A stretch of 62,997 nucleotides of DNA, filler included, from Octopus bimaculoides (lineage: Eukaryota), in assembly GCF_001194135.2 (NCBI RefSeq). It is 6 parts of 6 records of this genome, joined end to end, with 100 filler letters (N's around TTAATTAATTAA, not from the genome) between each part and the next. Parts side by side here need not be neighbours in the genome. Positions count along the whole stretch, not along the records: positions 9,842 to 32,961 come from NC_068981.1; positions 33,062 to 45,801 come from NC_068984.1; 4 more parts are not named here. One strand, 5' to 3'. Shown here one piece after another: positions 25,917-37,399 of the stretch. The first letter of the stretch is position 1; every line of letters begins with the position of its first letter. The notes under the pieces are model-generated. The model had not been told where the DNA came from. It worked only from the letters and a program-made list of their open reading frames with translations, and did no database searches. The position numbers and the translations under genes were made by a program.

Positions 25917-26155
25917 GTCTGTTGCGAAACAAATGGTTCCATTTTGGAGTCTTTAAAGATGATAGTAAGAACGTCTTTGCATGGCAGAATGGAGACGCAC
26001 TTGTATTTACTTTCTGGAGAAGCGGTTCCCCTGACAATTATGGAGGCAATCAGAAGTGTACAGCTTTGGATCCACGCTATGGTCACAAATGGAATGATAT
26101 TGATTGCGGTATAGTGAACCTCGGGATACATATGTGCGAAATTGTTGTCCTTTAA
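25917..26155 (+). CDS. PAN/apple + C-type lectin gene, exon 3 (CTLD C-half, stop)
   Basis: CCTTTCAG acceptor, phase 1; WFHFGV..FAWQNG..FTFWRSGSPDNYGGNQKCTAL..KWNDIDC..HMCE, then TAA. The three exons total 771 nt = 256 aa + stop with no frame break. Confidence 0.92.
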
Positions 26156-26578
26156 ATGCTGTGTATATATATATATATATATATATTATGTTTATTATAT
26201 TATGAAGATATGTCTATATTTATATGTATCTATGTGTATAAATATGAATGTATGTATTATGTACGTGTTTGTGTATGTATGTGTGTGCGCGCATGCGCGC
26301 ATGTGTATAAGAAGTTGAAAATGTCCTGCGATTCATTTAGATTTCTTTTTTTAACCGTTTTCACAGATTTCTCTGTTTTCAAAAGTTGAGATAGAAAGAC
26401 ATGGAACTGTGCTGCAATTGTTTCTTTTTTTATTAAGGTTTAAAAAATCCTCTTGTTTTTATACGAAGAACGTGGCTCAAATTAGTATCTGTTTCGGATA
26501 CATTTTGATCGGCCGATGATCACGTGATTAAGTTTACAAATGTTTGTAAGTTCCACGCTATGTCCGTTCTTTCATATA

Positions 26579-26844
26579 TCTGTATATATAAAAGGCAGGA
26601 TGTGTGCGTGTGTGTGTGTACGTGAATCTAATTTATGCACATCCACAAATTAGCACGCATGTCACTCGAAGTTTAGGAGGACATTCGTCACGACTCTAGC
26701 TGTATTTTCGTCCAATTATTTCCCCCCGAGGCACCAACGAATAGCAGTAAAAATAATTTTGAACCATAACTTCTAACAATTTTCAAGTCGGAGAACACCA
26801 TCATTTGCAAACATGAGTTAAGTCTCATTCTAGCGACGGTGTAA

Positions 26845-26877
<33 letters not shown>

Positions 26878-28187
26878 TAACAGATTTTTAAAATTTCGTC
26901 TTTTTAGTGAGGGATTGACAGACAAAAACAGACAGACAAGGGTTGTTATGCATATATGTGTNNNNNNNNNNNNNNNNNNNNNNNNNNNNNNNNNNNNNNN
27001 NNNNNNNNNNNNNNNNNNNNNNNNNNNNNNNNNNNNNNNNNNNNNNNNNNNNNNNNNNNNNNNNNNNNNNNNNNNNNNNNNNNNNNNNNNNNNNNNNNNN
27101 NNNNNNNNNNNNNNNNNNNNNNNNNNNNNNNNNNNNNNNNNNNNNNNNNNNNNNNNNNNNNNNNNNNNNNNNNNNNNNNNNNNNNNNNNNNNNNNNNNNN
27201 NNNNNNNNNNNNNNNNNNNNNNNNNNNNNNNNNNNNNNNNNNNNNNNNNNNNNNNNNNNNNNNNNNNNNNNNNNNNNNNNNNNNNNNNNNNNNNNNNNNN
27301 NNNNNNNNNNNNNNNNNNNNNNNNNNNNNNNNNNNNNNNNNNNNNNNNNNNNNNNNNNNNNNNNNNNNNNNNNNNNNNNNNNNNNNNNNNNNNNNNNNNN
27401 NNNNNNNNNNNNNNNNNNNNNNNNNNNNNNNNNNNNNNNNNNNNNNNNNNNNNNNNNNNNNNNNNNNNNNNNNNNNNNNNNNNNNNNNNNNNNNNNNNNN
27501 NNNNNNNNNNGTGCCAAATTTGCCTCAATTCATGGTATTATTCGGATAGGAGGTGGTGATGGGGCAGGGGCAGGGCAAGGGCGTACAAAAAACATGTATG
27601 CAATAGGTGTATGTACGTATATGTTTTTGTTTGTTGCCCATATATATATATATATATATATATATACTTAGTTGTGATCTGAACATAACCGCTTCTGACA
27701 CGGAGGATCGGAAGCCCTTTTGGACGTTCTATTTTCCTTGCTCGAAGGATTCCCAACCCGTGGGCAAAGGGGGTTACATGATGGGGGTAGTGTTTTCAAA
27801 AGGGCAGGCATATACAACCTGATCACCTTTGCCGATCAAACTCCTAACCCATGCGCTCCCATCGCGACACTGATACTGCAGAACTGGTTTGGGTGTGAAA
27901 ACCAACTTTAAGTATAAATATAGATGTTTTTGAATCAACGATGTTGTGTTCGGTTAAGTCCTATTTGAGGTGAAAAATCAATAAACTGATTCCTTATGGG
28001 GTTTTCCATTTAATCAGGATAAAAAAAAATCGATAAACTGGGTCCTTATAGGAATTCCCACTAAAATTGGCTACTCCCCATTTTCAACCCTAACTTTTAC
28101 CAGTTTTGATGTATTTTGTTCAAACTTGATGCCAGAATTACTTAGGACTCATGGGATCTTTGAATGCTTTAAGTTCTCCAAAAACGA

Positions 28188-28259
<72 letters not shown>

Positions 28260-28503
28260 GGCGGTGCATCAGCATGGCCGTAGCTCTGAGCTGAAACTAC
28301 AGAAAAAAAAAATCGATAAACCGATTCCTTATGGGATTTCCCAATCAAATTGTCTGCAACTCATTTTCAGCCCAAAATTTACCAATTTCAACGGATTTCA
28401 CTCAGATTTGACGTCGATGTTACTTAGTTTGGTTTGAAATAAAGAGCTTGATTAGCTTAATAATCCTAACTTAATCCCGAGCAAAGCCGGGCTATACTGC
28501 TTG
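26579..28503 (+). mobile_element. Non-autonomous Helitron-like element (composite, contains a gap)
   Basis: 5' A|TCTGTATATATAAAAG; 3' GC hairpin CCCGAGCAAAGCCGGG then CTTG|T (CTRR-like); internal ~35-bp repeats AAATCGATAAACYGRTTCCTTAT at ~27980, 28030, 28310. That both ends belong to one element is inferred. Confidence 0.6.
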
Positions 28504-28519
28504 TGTATACATAAGTATG

Positions 28520-28890
28520 TGTGGAGGCGAAATGACACAATGGCCTAATGGTTAGGGCATCGGTTGTAGGATTGCAGTTTCGGTTACCAGACCGGCGTTG
28601 TGAGTGTTTAGTGAGCGAAAACATTCACCAGGCTCCGGCAGGAAGTGGTGGCGAACCCTTCTGTACTCTTTCACCACAGCTTTCCCTCACTCTTTCTTCC
28701 TGTTTCTTTTGTACCTGTATTTCAAAAAGCCAGCCTTGTCACACTCTGTGTCACGCTGAATCTCCCCGAGTACTACGTTAAGTGTACACATATCTGTGGA
28801 GTGCTCAGCCACTTGCACGTTAATTTCAGGAGCAGGCTGTTCCATGGATCGGATCAGCTGGAACCCTCGTCTTCGTAACTGCCGGAGTGC
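28520..28890 (+). mobile_element. tRNA-derived SINE family C
   Basis: Head TGGCCTAATGGTTAGGGCA (A-box), GTTTCGGTTACC (B-box-like), tail GGAACCCTCGTCTTCGTAACTGCCGGAGTGC. Confidence 0.75.
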
Positions 28891-29083
28891 TATGATGTAT
28901 GTATGTATGTATGTATGTATGCATGTGACAGACTTCTTTCAGTTTCTGCCTACCAAATCAGCTCACGAGGATTTGGTCAACCGTGGATGTAATAGAAGAT
29001 ATTTTTCCTAGGTGCCACACAGTGGAACTGAAACCAAAACCACGTGCTTTGGAATCAAGCTTCTTATCACACATCCATACACA

Positions 29084-29158
<75 letters not shown>

Positions 29159-30610
29159 GCATACGTGTACTAATACTTGTTATTATTTCGAATTACAATA
29201 AAAACAATTTTACATTAATCTGATGGATTACTCAATACTTTTTGTAGAGTTCATATTACTCTTTAACAAGAATGATGTTGAGAGCTTCTTCAAAGTTTTA
29301 GCTTGCTAGGCCATCATTAAATTGTGGTACATTTGAGTTCATGTTTGAATCTTTAACTGGTTCTCTGTTGAATGATAGTGTTGGATAAGTTGTGATGAAT
29401 AGGTTTTCATTGATGAATAAAAGATTTTATTAATTAAATTTGGGGTTGTGTTATTATTCAGATTTCAGTCATAAATGTAGAACTTTGTAATCAGGCGTGT
29501 CTATTCGGGAGTGTAAGCTTCAGGTCGTGGAGTTGATTTCAGGGGTCTGCAAACAATACATAGGTAAAAACGCGGTTTGTTGGTCACCAAATGTATCACT
29601 AGTTTTATTGTTGTTGTTTTATTCGGATACTAATGAGAGATTTAACCTTTTGTTTTTAGTAATATGCAGGTTATAGCGATAGTTCAGCCAAGCGTTTAAG
29701 CTTTTGTAATTAGGCATGTTTATTTAGGTGTGTCAGCTTTTAGGTCATAGATTCTTTTTAAGGGTTCACAAATGAGTATGAACAGACGAAAAAGTTTGTT
29801 GGTCAACAGATTTCTTTGCTTGTTAGTGGTGTTATTTAGGATATTTCTTATTGTTGGTGTTACATGGGATATTTACTCTGTTTGTTTTGAGAAGAGTAAA
29901 TTTTCTAAATAGTAATGATCTAACATATAGAACAATTAGCCTTAACTAACCTTCCTACATTCATTTGTGAACATTAAAGCACCAAGTAACCAAATTTCTA
30001 TATTAAGAGCACTATGACATAAAGCTGACACACCTGAATCACCACACCTAACCACAAAATCTTTCATAGATGACTGTTAACCATTACCCAGTTGATAGGC
30101 TAGCAGGCCGAAAACTTTGGAGTAACTTTCGATACTATTTTTGTTAAAAAATTATATGATATATGTGTTTGTGTGTATGTGTGTGTGTGTGTGCTTCTGT
30201 GTGTGTACATGTGTACGCGCATATATGTATGTGTATATATATATATATATGTGTATATATATATATATATNNNNNNNNNNNNNNNNNNNNNNNNNNNNNN
30301 NNNNNNNNNNNNNNNNNNNNNNNNNNNNNNNNNNNNNNNNNNNNNNNNNNNNNNNNNNNNNNNNNNNNNNNNNNNNNNNNNNNNNNNNNNNNNNNNNNNN
30401 NNNNNNNNNNNNNNNNNNNNNNNNNNNNNNNNNNNNNNNNNNNNNNNNNNNNNNNNNNNNNNNNNNNNNNNNNNNNNNNNNNNNNNNNNNNNNNNNNNNN
30501 NNNNNNNNNNNNNNNNNNNNNNNNNNNNNNNNNNNNNNNNNNNNNNNNNNNNNNNNNNNNNNNNNNNNNNNNNNNNNNNNNNNNNNNNNNNNNNNNNNNN
30601 NNNNNNNNNN

Positions 30611-30643
<33 letters not shown>

Positions 30644-30831
30644 AAGGGGTTTGTATGATTGTGTATAGAAGAATATATTGCTCAAAGGGATTCTAGCTCT
30701 GTCTGTTTTTCATATTTTATCTATAATCTTCTAATATTAATATAAGATATAAAATAATATAGTAAAAATGAAATGAAATATTAATTGTCTATTCTTATTG
30801 AACAAATGAAATATAAAATGTCCATTCTTAC

Positions 30832-30874
30832 TGAACTAGTATACTTTCTTGCATTTATGCAACCTTCAGGTTCA
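30832..30874 (-). ncRNA. Minimal type-I hammerhead motif (A9G)
   Basis: UGAAC-CUGAAGG-UUGCAU(AA)AUGCAA-GAA-AGUAUACU-A^GUUCA: perfect 5-bp stem I, 6-bp stem II, palindromic stem III. Confidence 0.75.
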
Positions 30875-31191
30875 TTGGTGGTGACAGCTGTGATCATTGG
30901 TTTCAAGTGTGGTTGACTGGTAAATTTTGACCTTTACATACATTCCTGTATATAAGTAGTAACTGCTTGCATATTTTTTTAGAAATGATGCCATACGATT
31001 TTTCAGTGTTTGTTTTTAGAAATAATAACAACAGTACTTTTTAGAGATTTTTATTTTTTAAATATGGGGATAAGACTTGTAAACCTTAAATAAGATTATT
31101 TTTTTATCACTGTTTATTAAGCTTGGGTTTGAATTTATTTATAAAGTCCTTTTCTCTTAGTTTTCTATCGTTTTCATTCGGATTGTATAGT

Positions 31192-31491
31192 TTATGAAAT
31201 AGAAATATTATAAATATCTATGATCCAGCATCGCTGGTTACTCAGCGGTATTTGGCGGACTTCTGGATTTTTAATTTGTTGTCGGTGCACTCGTGAGCGT
31301 TCTGATAGTGCATTGCCTGTCTGGCCAACATACAGCTCTTCACAATTCGGGCATTTGATGCAGTAGATTAAATTTCTGCTTTTACAGTTCATAATTTTGT
31401 TTGTGAATATTTCCCCCGTTTTTGTGTCCATATATGGGCCACTATGAATGAACTGGCATGTACCGTATCGGCTATTATTGCATTTAGACAC
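31192..31491 (-). pseudogene. Penelope GIY-YIG endonuclease remnant
   Basis: KCNNSRYGTC..MNCKSRNLIYCIKCPNCEELYVGQTGNALSERSRVHRQQI. Confidence 0.85.
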
Positions 31492-31760
31492 AGTGAATGG
31501 TTGGTTTTGTTGCTAAGGTCAAACCTTGCCTTTGTTAATAACTGTTTCAAGCTTTTAGGCTGTCTTTTATTGAGAGTTATAGTTTGGTCTGTAATGATAT
31601 CTCTTAATTCCTTACTCGAGCAATGATTGGTAGGTTTGCTTTAACGATTTTGAAGATGCTCTGGTAGTATGGATTGTGCGTCACTATAAATGGTATGATT
31701 TGTTCTTGTTTTTCTCTTCTTTGCATTGTTCTCAGTTGTGTGGGTATTTTCATAGCCTGC

Positions 31761-31803
31761 TAAACCCGAAGATTGCATAAATGCAAGAAAGTATACTAGT
31801 TCA
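31761..31803 (+). ncRNA. Minimal type-I hammerhead motif (U4C)
   Basis: UAAAC-CCGAAGA-UUGCAU(AA)AUGCAA-GAA-AGUAUACU-A^GUUCA. Confidence 0.75.
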
Positions 31804-31854
31804 ATAAGAATGGACATTTAATATTTCATTTGTTCAATAAGAATAGTCAATTAG

Positions 31855-32075
31855 GCGTCGAGCTGGCAGAAACGTCAGCACGCCGGGCGAAATGCTTACC
31901 AGTATTTCGTCTGCCACTACGTTCTGAGTTCAAATTCCGCCGAGGTCGACTTTGCCTTCCATCCTTTCGGGGTCGATTAAATAAGTACCAGTAACACACT
32001 GGGGTCGATATAATCGACTTAATCCGTTTGTCTGTCCTTGTTTGTCCCCTCTGTGTGCAATAAAGAAATAAGAAG
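31855..32075 (+). mobile_element. SINE family A, full length, with probable TSD
   Basis: GGCGTCGAGCTGGCAGAAACGTCAGCACG..GAGTTCAAATTCCGCCGAGGTCGAC; flanks AAGAATAGTCAATTA / AAGAAGAGACAATTA; interrupts the inverted arm. Confidence 0.85.
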
Positions 32076-32221
32076 AGACAATTAATATTTCAATTCATTT
32101 CTTTTTACTATATTATTTTATATCTTATACTAATATTAGAAGATTATAAATAAAATGGGAAAAACAAAGTTGGAATTCCTTTGAGTAATATATGTATATA
32201 TAAGTATATGTATATATATGC

Positions 32222-32292
<71 letters not shown>

Positions 32293-32424
32293 NNNNNNNN
32301 NNNNNNNNNNNNNNNNNNNNNNNNNNNNNNNNNNNNNNNNNNNNNNNNNNNNNNNNNNNNNNNNNNNNNNNNNNNNNNNNNNNNNNNNNNNATATATATA
32401 TATATACTTATATTACATGATTCC

Positions 32425-32740
32425 GACTTCGGTCCTACGGCGTAGCACCTTGGGTAAATGTCTTCTACTATAGCCTCGGGTCGACCAACGCCTTGTGAGC
32501 GGATTCGATAGACAGTAACGAAAAAACGTCCTTCCTATATGTGTGTGTGTGTTCCTCTACCATCGCTCGACAACCGATGTTGGTATGTTTACATCCCCTA
32601 ATGTATCGGTTCGGCAAAAGAAACCGAGAGAATAAATCCTAGGCTTACAAAGAATAATTCGTGGAATCGATTTATTCGGCTAAAGGTGGTACTCCACCAT
32701 GGCAGCAGTCAAATGGCTGAAACAGGTAAAAGAATAAAAG
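32425..32740 (+). mobile_element. SINE family B
   Basis: CACCTTGGGTAAATGTCTTCTACTATAGCCTCGGG..GCCTTGTGAG..CGGTTCGGCAAAAG..GGCTGAAACAGG. Confidence 0.7.
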
Positions 32741-33420
32741 TATGTGTCGATAAGCCAGCTGGAGGAGATGTCCTCCTGGGGCTAAAAGCAACAGTAACAT
32801 CCACCCCTAGGGGTCAGCCACACTTAAGTGGCAATATACTACACTTTATCGTGCAGTTACTGTTAATACTTCATTTAGAGAATTAACATTGCTTGTTTTC
32901 ACCTTTTCGATATCAGTGAAGAATTTCACTTGAAAAGAATATATATATATATATATATATANNNNNNNNNNNNNNNNNNNNNNNNNNNNNNNNNNNNNNN
33001 NNNNNTTAATTAATTAANNNNNNNNNNNNNNNNNNNNNNNNNNNNNNNNNNNNNNNNNNNNGTTTAGCCCAGTATTTACCATGTAGGGGCTTTTCTTGCC
33101 ATCGTTTTATCATGGTCCGTTGCTGTTCTAGTTTTAGTTTGGATTTCATTTGCTTTATAGCTTTTGTTGTTTCTTCTTCTTCTTCTTCTTCTTCTTCTTC
33201 TTCTTCTTCTTCTTCTTCTTCTTCTTCTTCTTCTTCTTCTTCTTCTTCTTCGTATTTATTAGGTAGTATGATTTCTTGTTTGTATTTGTCAGCTTCCTTA
33301 GATACTTAAAACAGTTTTTGTTTTGCTCGTGTTTTGTGGCTATTTGTATTAGTTTTCCTTGCTTCTGAAGTAGGTATTTTTGCTGTCCTATGGTGGTTAT
33401 TTTATAATAGTTTTCCAGCT

Positions 33421-33464
<44 letters not shown>

Positions 33465-33980
33465 GAGTGAGAGAGCAGCACACATCAAAGTGACAATGGG
33501 GGACAAATATACGAAGCCCAGTATACCCATCATGACTACCCATCTGATAAGGGTGCACCAGGCACATGCATCATGATCACATGTGCGCGACATGGTGACC
33601 ACATATCGCGATGAACAGGTGGGGCCCAGTTTGAAATTTCTTCAGTTTGAGTAGCCCATTCCGCCCAAAAGGTCTCTGAATAAGGGTTGTTTCGCATGTT
33701 GAACGAAACACCCATGTTTCCAGAGGTGAATTATCCAAACCTCTAAGAATTCCTATGATGCTCCCCACTACTTATTCGTGATCAGAGATTCACATATCAT
33801 CAGCCACGAAGGGACATGCTCATCTAGTTAAGGTCAAACAACTGACAAGCAAATCTGTGGTATTAAAGAGAATATTTGATGTAGCCCATCTTTTATACCA
33901 AGACAAAACATGTACATGATAACACATCCAGTCAGTTAAGATGAGAAGCCGTGAGAGCCACTGCCTGGTACTGCATCAGG

Positions 33981-33981
<1 letters not shown>
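33465..33981 (-). mobile_element. ~517-bp non-coding element inserted within (TAA)n
   Basis: Complex sequence bounded by pure TAT tracts at 33422-33464 and 33982-34029. Confidence 0.6.
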
Positions 33982-34029
<48 letters not shown>

Positions 34030-35362
34030 GAGAGTTGAGCCCATGTGGCGCAAAAGAGCGAAGAGAGAAGATTAATCCCTGTTCACGGCGTAAACGGGAG
34101 TCTGGATGGCTCCTGTGCAAGGACAATCCGAACACGGACAGGTGTTGCAAAGAGTGACCGGTAGATCGGAAATGGTGCGAGGCTGGGGTGTCATTGCCGA
34201 GTCGGATGTCTCGGAGGTGTTCCGCGAACCGATCAGCCAAGTGGCGTCCCGTTTGCCTGATGTATAGAGAAGGGCAGAGAGAGCAGATGCAGTAGATGAC
34301 ATTGGTAGAAGTGCAGGTGAAGGAGTCGGCGATGTAATAGGGTCGATAATGGGTGCCGGTGAGGAGGGTGTTGGAGAGGTAAGGGCAAGTGCGGCAGCGT
34401 GGGCGGGAGCAGGGGAACGATCCGGGTTGGGAGGTTGGGTTAGAGAAGAAGCTGTGGACCAAGAAGTCTCGTAGGTTGTGGGCTCGTTTGAAGGAGGGGA
34501 GGGGTCAGTTAAGGAAGATGTGCGAAGTGGAGGGGTCAGACTGGAGTCGCCGGAAGGCTCGGAGANNNNNNNNNNNNNNNNNNNNNNNNNNNNNNNNNNN
34601 NNNNNNNNNNNNNNNNNNNNNNNNNNNNNNNNNNNNNNNNNNNNNNNNNNNNNNNNNNNNNNNNNNNNNNNNNNNNNNNNNNNNNNNNNNNNNNNNNNNN
34701 NNNNNNNNNNNNNNNNNNNNNNNNNNNNNNNNNNNNNNNNNNNNNNNNNNNNNNNNNNNNNNNNNNNNNNNNNNNNNNNNNNNNNNNNNNNNNNNNNNNN
34801 NNNNNNNNNNNNNNNNNNNNNNNNNNNNNNNNNNNNNNNNNNNNNNNNNNNNNNNNNNNNNNNNNNNNNNNNNNNNNNNNNNNNNNNNNNNNNNNNNNNN
34901 NNNNNNNNNNNNNNNNNNNNNNNNNNNNNNNNNNNNNNNNNNNNNNNNNNNNNNNNNNNNNNNNNNNNNNNNNNNNNNNNNNNNNNNNNNNNNNNNNNNN
35001 NNNNNNNNNNNNNNNNNNNNNNNNNNNNNNNNNNNNNNNNNNNNNNNNNNNNNNNNNNNNNNNNNNNNNNNNNNNNNNNNNNNNNNNNNNNNNNNNNNNN
35101 NNNNNNNNNNNNNNNNNNNNNNNNNNNNNNNNNNNNNNNNNNNNNNNNNNNNNNNNNNNNNNNNNNNNNNNNNNNNNNNNNNNNNNNNNNNNNNNNNNNN
35201 NNNNCGGGAGAGTGAGGTCGCACCGATTCAGTCGTCAATATAACGGCCGTATAGTTCGGGAGTGGGAACAATGAAACTTGAGAATATTTGGGCCTCAACG
35301 TAGCCAACGAACAGGTTCGCATAGTTGGGGCCCATTCTCGTTCCCATGGCCACTCCCGGTTT
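34030..35362 (-). mobile_element. Penelope-like element (RT, gap, GIY-YIG)
   Basis: [23 protein letters not shown] (35228-35362); FPCSRPRCRTC..TCTSTNVIYCICSLCPSLYIRQTGR..RFAEH..RE..LIF.L...PHGLN (34030-34462). Confidence 0.92.
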
Positions 35363-35840
35363 AAGAATGTGTATGTATGTGTGTGTGTATGTATGTGTGT
35401 GCATGCGTGTGTGTGCGTGCATACGTGCTTGCATGCGTATGTGTGTGTGTGTGTGTGCGTGCGTGCGCGTGTGTGTGTGTATGTGTGTCTGTGTAAAGTC
35501 AATTCAAATAAATGAATAATAAAATTAACAATAACAGACAACAAGACGTACACAAGGAGTATATTGGGTTGACGCTCGGTAAAAGGAGAGAGTTTTTGAT
35601 GTTTCGAGCATAACTCTTCGTCGGAGAGGGGAAAGTCTAAAGAAGGAAAAGTAATCGCGCACAGCACGTGTGTAGTTACATTGCTGAAGTGACCGGAAGT
35701 AGTGTATATATGTATGGCTCCGAAGATGCTATAAAATATCGCAGGAACCTTCAGTTCACACTGCAATGTTTCTTATAGTAGAAACAGCTGTAGACTAATG
35801 TAAGGTTGTTACGTAACTACTGTTCTTTTATCGATCACTA

Positions 35841-35910
<70 letters not shown>

Positions 35911-36159
35911 TGTAGTGTAGTGTAGTGTAGTGTAGTGTAATGCAGCAGGAAAATCAGAAAAGTAATATGTATATAATTAGTGTCAATGTATGTCTGTAGT
36001 TCCTCTGTCAATTTCTACAAGTCGCTGTGTGTATGGGTTGACATTAACAATTATTGTATACACGTATATATACATACACAAACATACACACATACACAAA
36101 CATGCATATATACATACATACGCACACATACACACAAAAAAAAACATGGACAATTGATT

Positions 36160-36290
36160 AAACAGGCGTATTCCATGTCTAAGAGTCTCCGGAATTCTTC
36201 CATTATCCAATTTATGCTGGCTTTTACAATACTGATTCCTTCTCACGCTATCTTGGTTCCATTGTTTTATTCTATGGTTTGTTATCATTT
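36160..36290 (-). mobile_element. Possible CR1-group LINE C-terminal remnant
   Basis: RRNQYCK..RIPETLRHGIRLFNQL resembles the post-RT G-x-RLFN-x-LP ending of CR1-group elements. Confidence 0.4.
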
Positions 36291-36428
36291 AGCCATTATC
36301 TGTTTTCTTTCTGTCTGAAAGGAACCGCTAAACAAATATGCACCGCCAGTCGAAGACGATTTAGTAATAATAATAATAATGGAAACTAAATAAGAAAAAA
36401 CAAAACAAATAAAAACAACAACAACAAC

Positions 36429-36485
<57 letters not shown>

Positions 36486-36609
36486 CATGATAATAAAAAT
36501 AGGATTCAGTTATTCTACGTGAAACCGACAGTAATAATCGTTATCGCCATGAAAACCACTATCAATCACACAAGCCAAACGTTTCCAAACCTATTGTGGG
36601 TGTGAGTTC

Positions 36610-36641
<32 letters not shown>

Positions 36642-36704
36642 GGCGAGGGGGGAGAGAGTTGTGCTTGTGAGCGTGTGCGTGTGTAAATATATTACTGTAT
36701 AAAG

Positions 36705-36860
36705 GCAGCGAGCTGGCAGAATGGTTAGCAGTATTCCGTCTGTCATTCTGAGTTCAAATTCCGCCGAGGTCGACTTAGCCTTTCATCCTTTCGGGATCGA
36801 TAAATTAAGTACCAGTTGCCTACTGAGGACGATCTAATGACTTCCCCCTCCCCCCAATTT
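36705..36860 (+). mobile_element. SINE family A
   Basis: GGCAGCGAGCTGGCAGA..GAGTTCAAATTCCGCCGAGGTCGAC..AAGTACCAGT. Confidence 0.75.
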
Positions 36861-37313
36861 CATACATACATACATACATACATGCGATTATGTATGTATG
36901 CATATGTGTATATGATACAAGCGTTCGAATCGGGGGGTCTTTCGAAGTAACGTTAGAGAAGTGGGTGCGCAACTTGGAAATGATGAAATCTCTCCAGGTC
37001 AATCCACTACTTTTTCGTATTGCGAGGCCACTACGTATTGAGGATACTACAGTCGCAAGAATGATGGATTTTTCAAGCCGAGACAACCAGCAAGGGACCC
37101 TAAAGGAACCCATGGAATCCGTTGCTCGCTCATGGGAATCCACCTGGATAGTCTAATGACTGTTGTTTCTGATAGGACCCTAAAGAGGAGGTGATGCCTG
37201 CAGACTCTACCCCTCTCGAACCTCCCAAGAATTATGAGAGGAGACGATGAATACAGCCCCCACACGTGTGTGTGTATACGTGTGTGTGTGTGTGTGTGTG
37301 TCTGTGTGCGTGC

Positions 37314-37354
<41 letters not shown>

Positions 37355-37399
37355 CGTGTGTGTAGTATTTAGCTGCACACCCCGTGCAGATACTGATAT

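Larger units (their letters stand above)
30673..32190. mobile_element. PLE-derived element with ~200-bp inverted arms enclosing a GIY-YIG remnant
   Basis: Left arm 30673-30874 is the reverse complement of right arm 31761-31850 + 32076-32190 (split by a SINE). Confidence 0.8.

Noticed and set aside
36175-36276. Signal-peptide-like MSKSLRNSSIIQFMLAFTILIPSHA as the missing first exon of the prohormone-like exon
   Set aside because: The best donor (GTTTGT, 36277) is phase 0 but the 39636 acceptor needs phase 1. The opposite strand also reads as a CR1-like LINE tail, which can explain the hydrophobic antisense frame. Not fully excluded.
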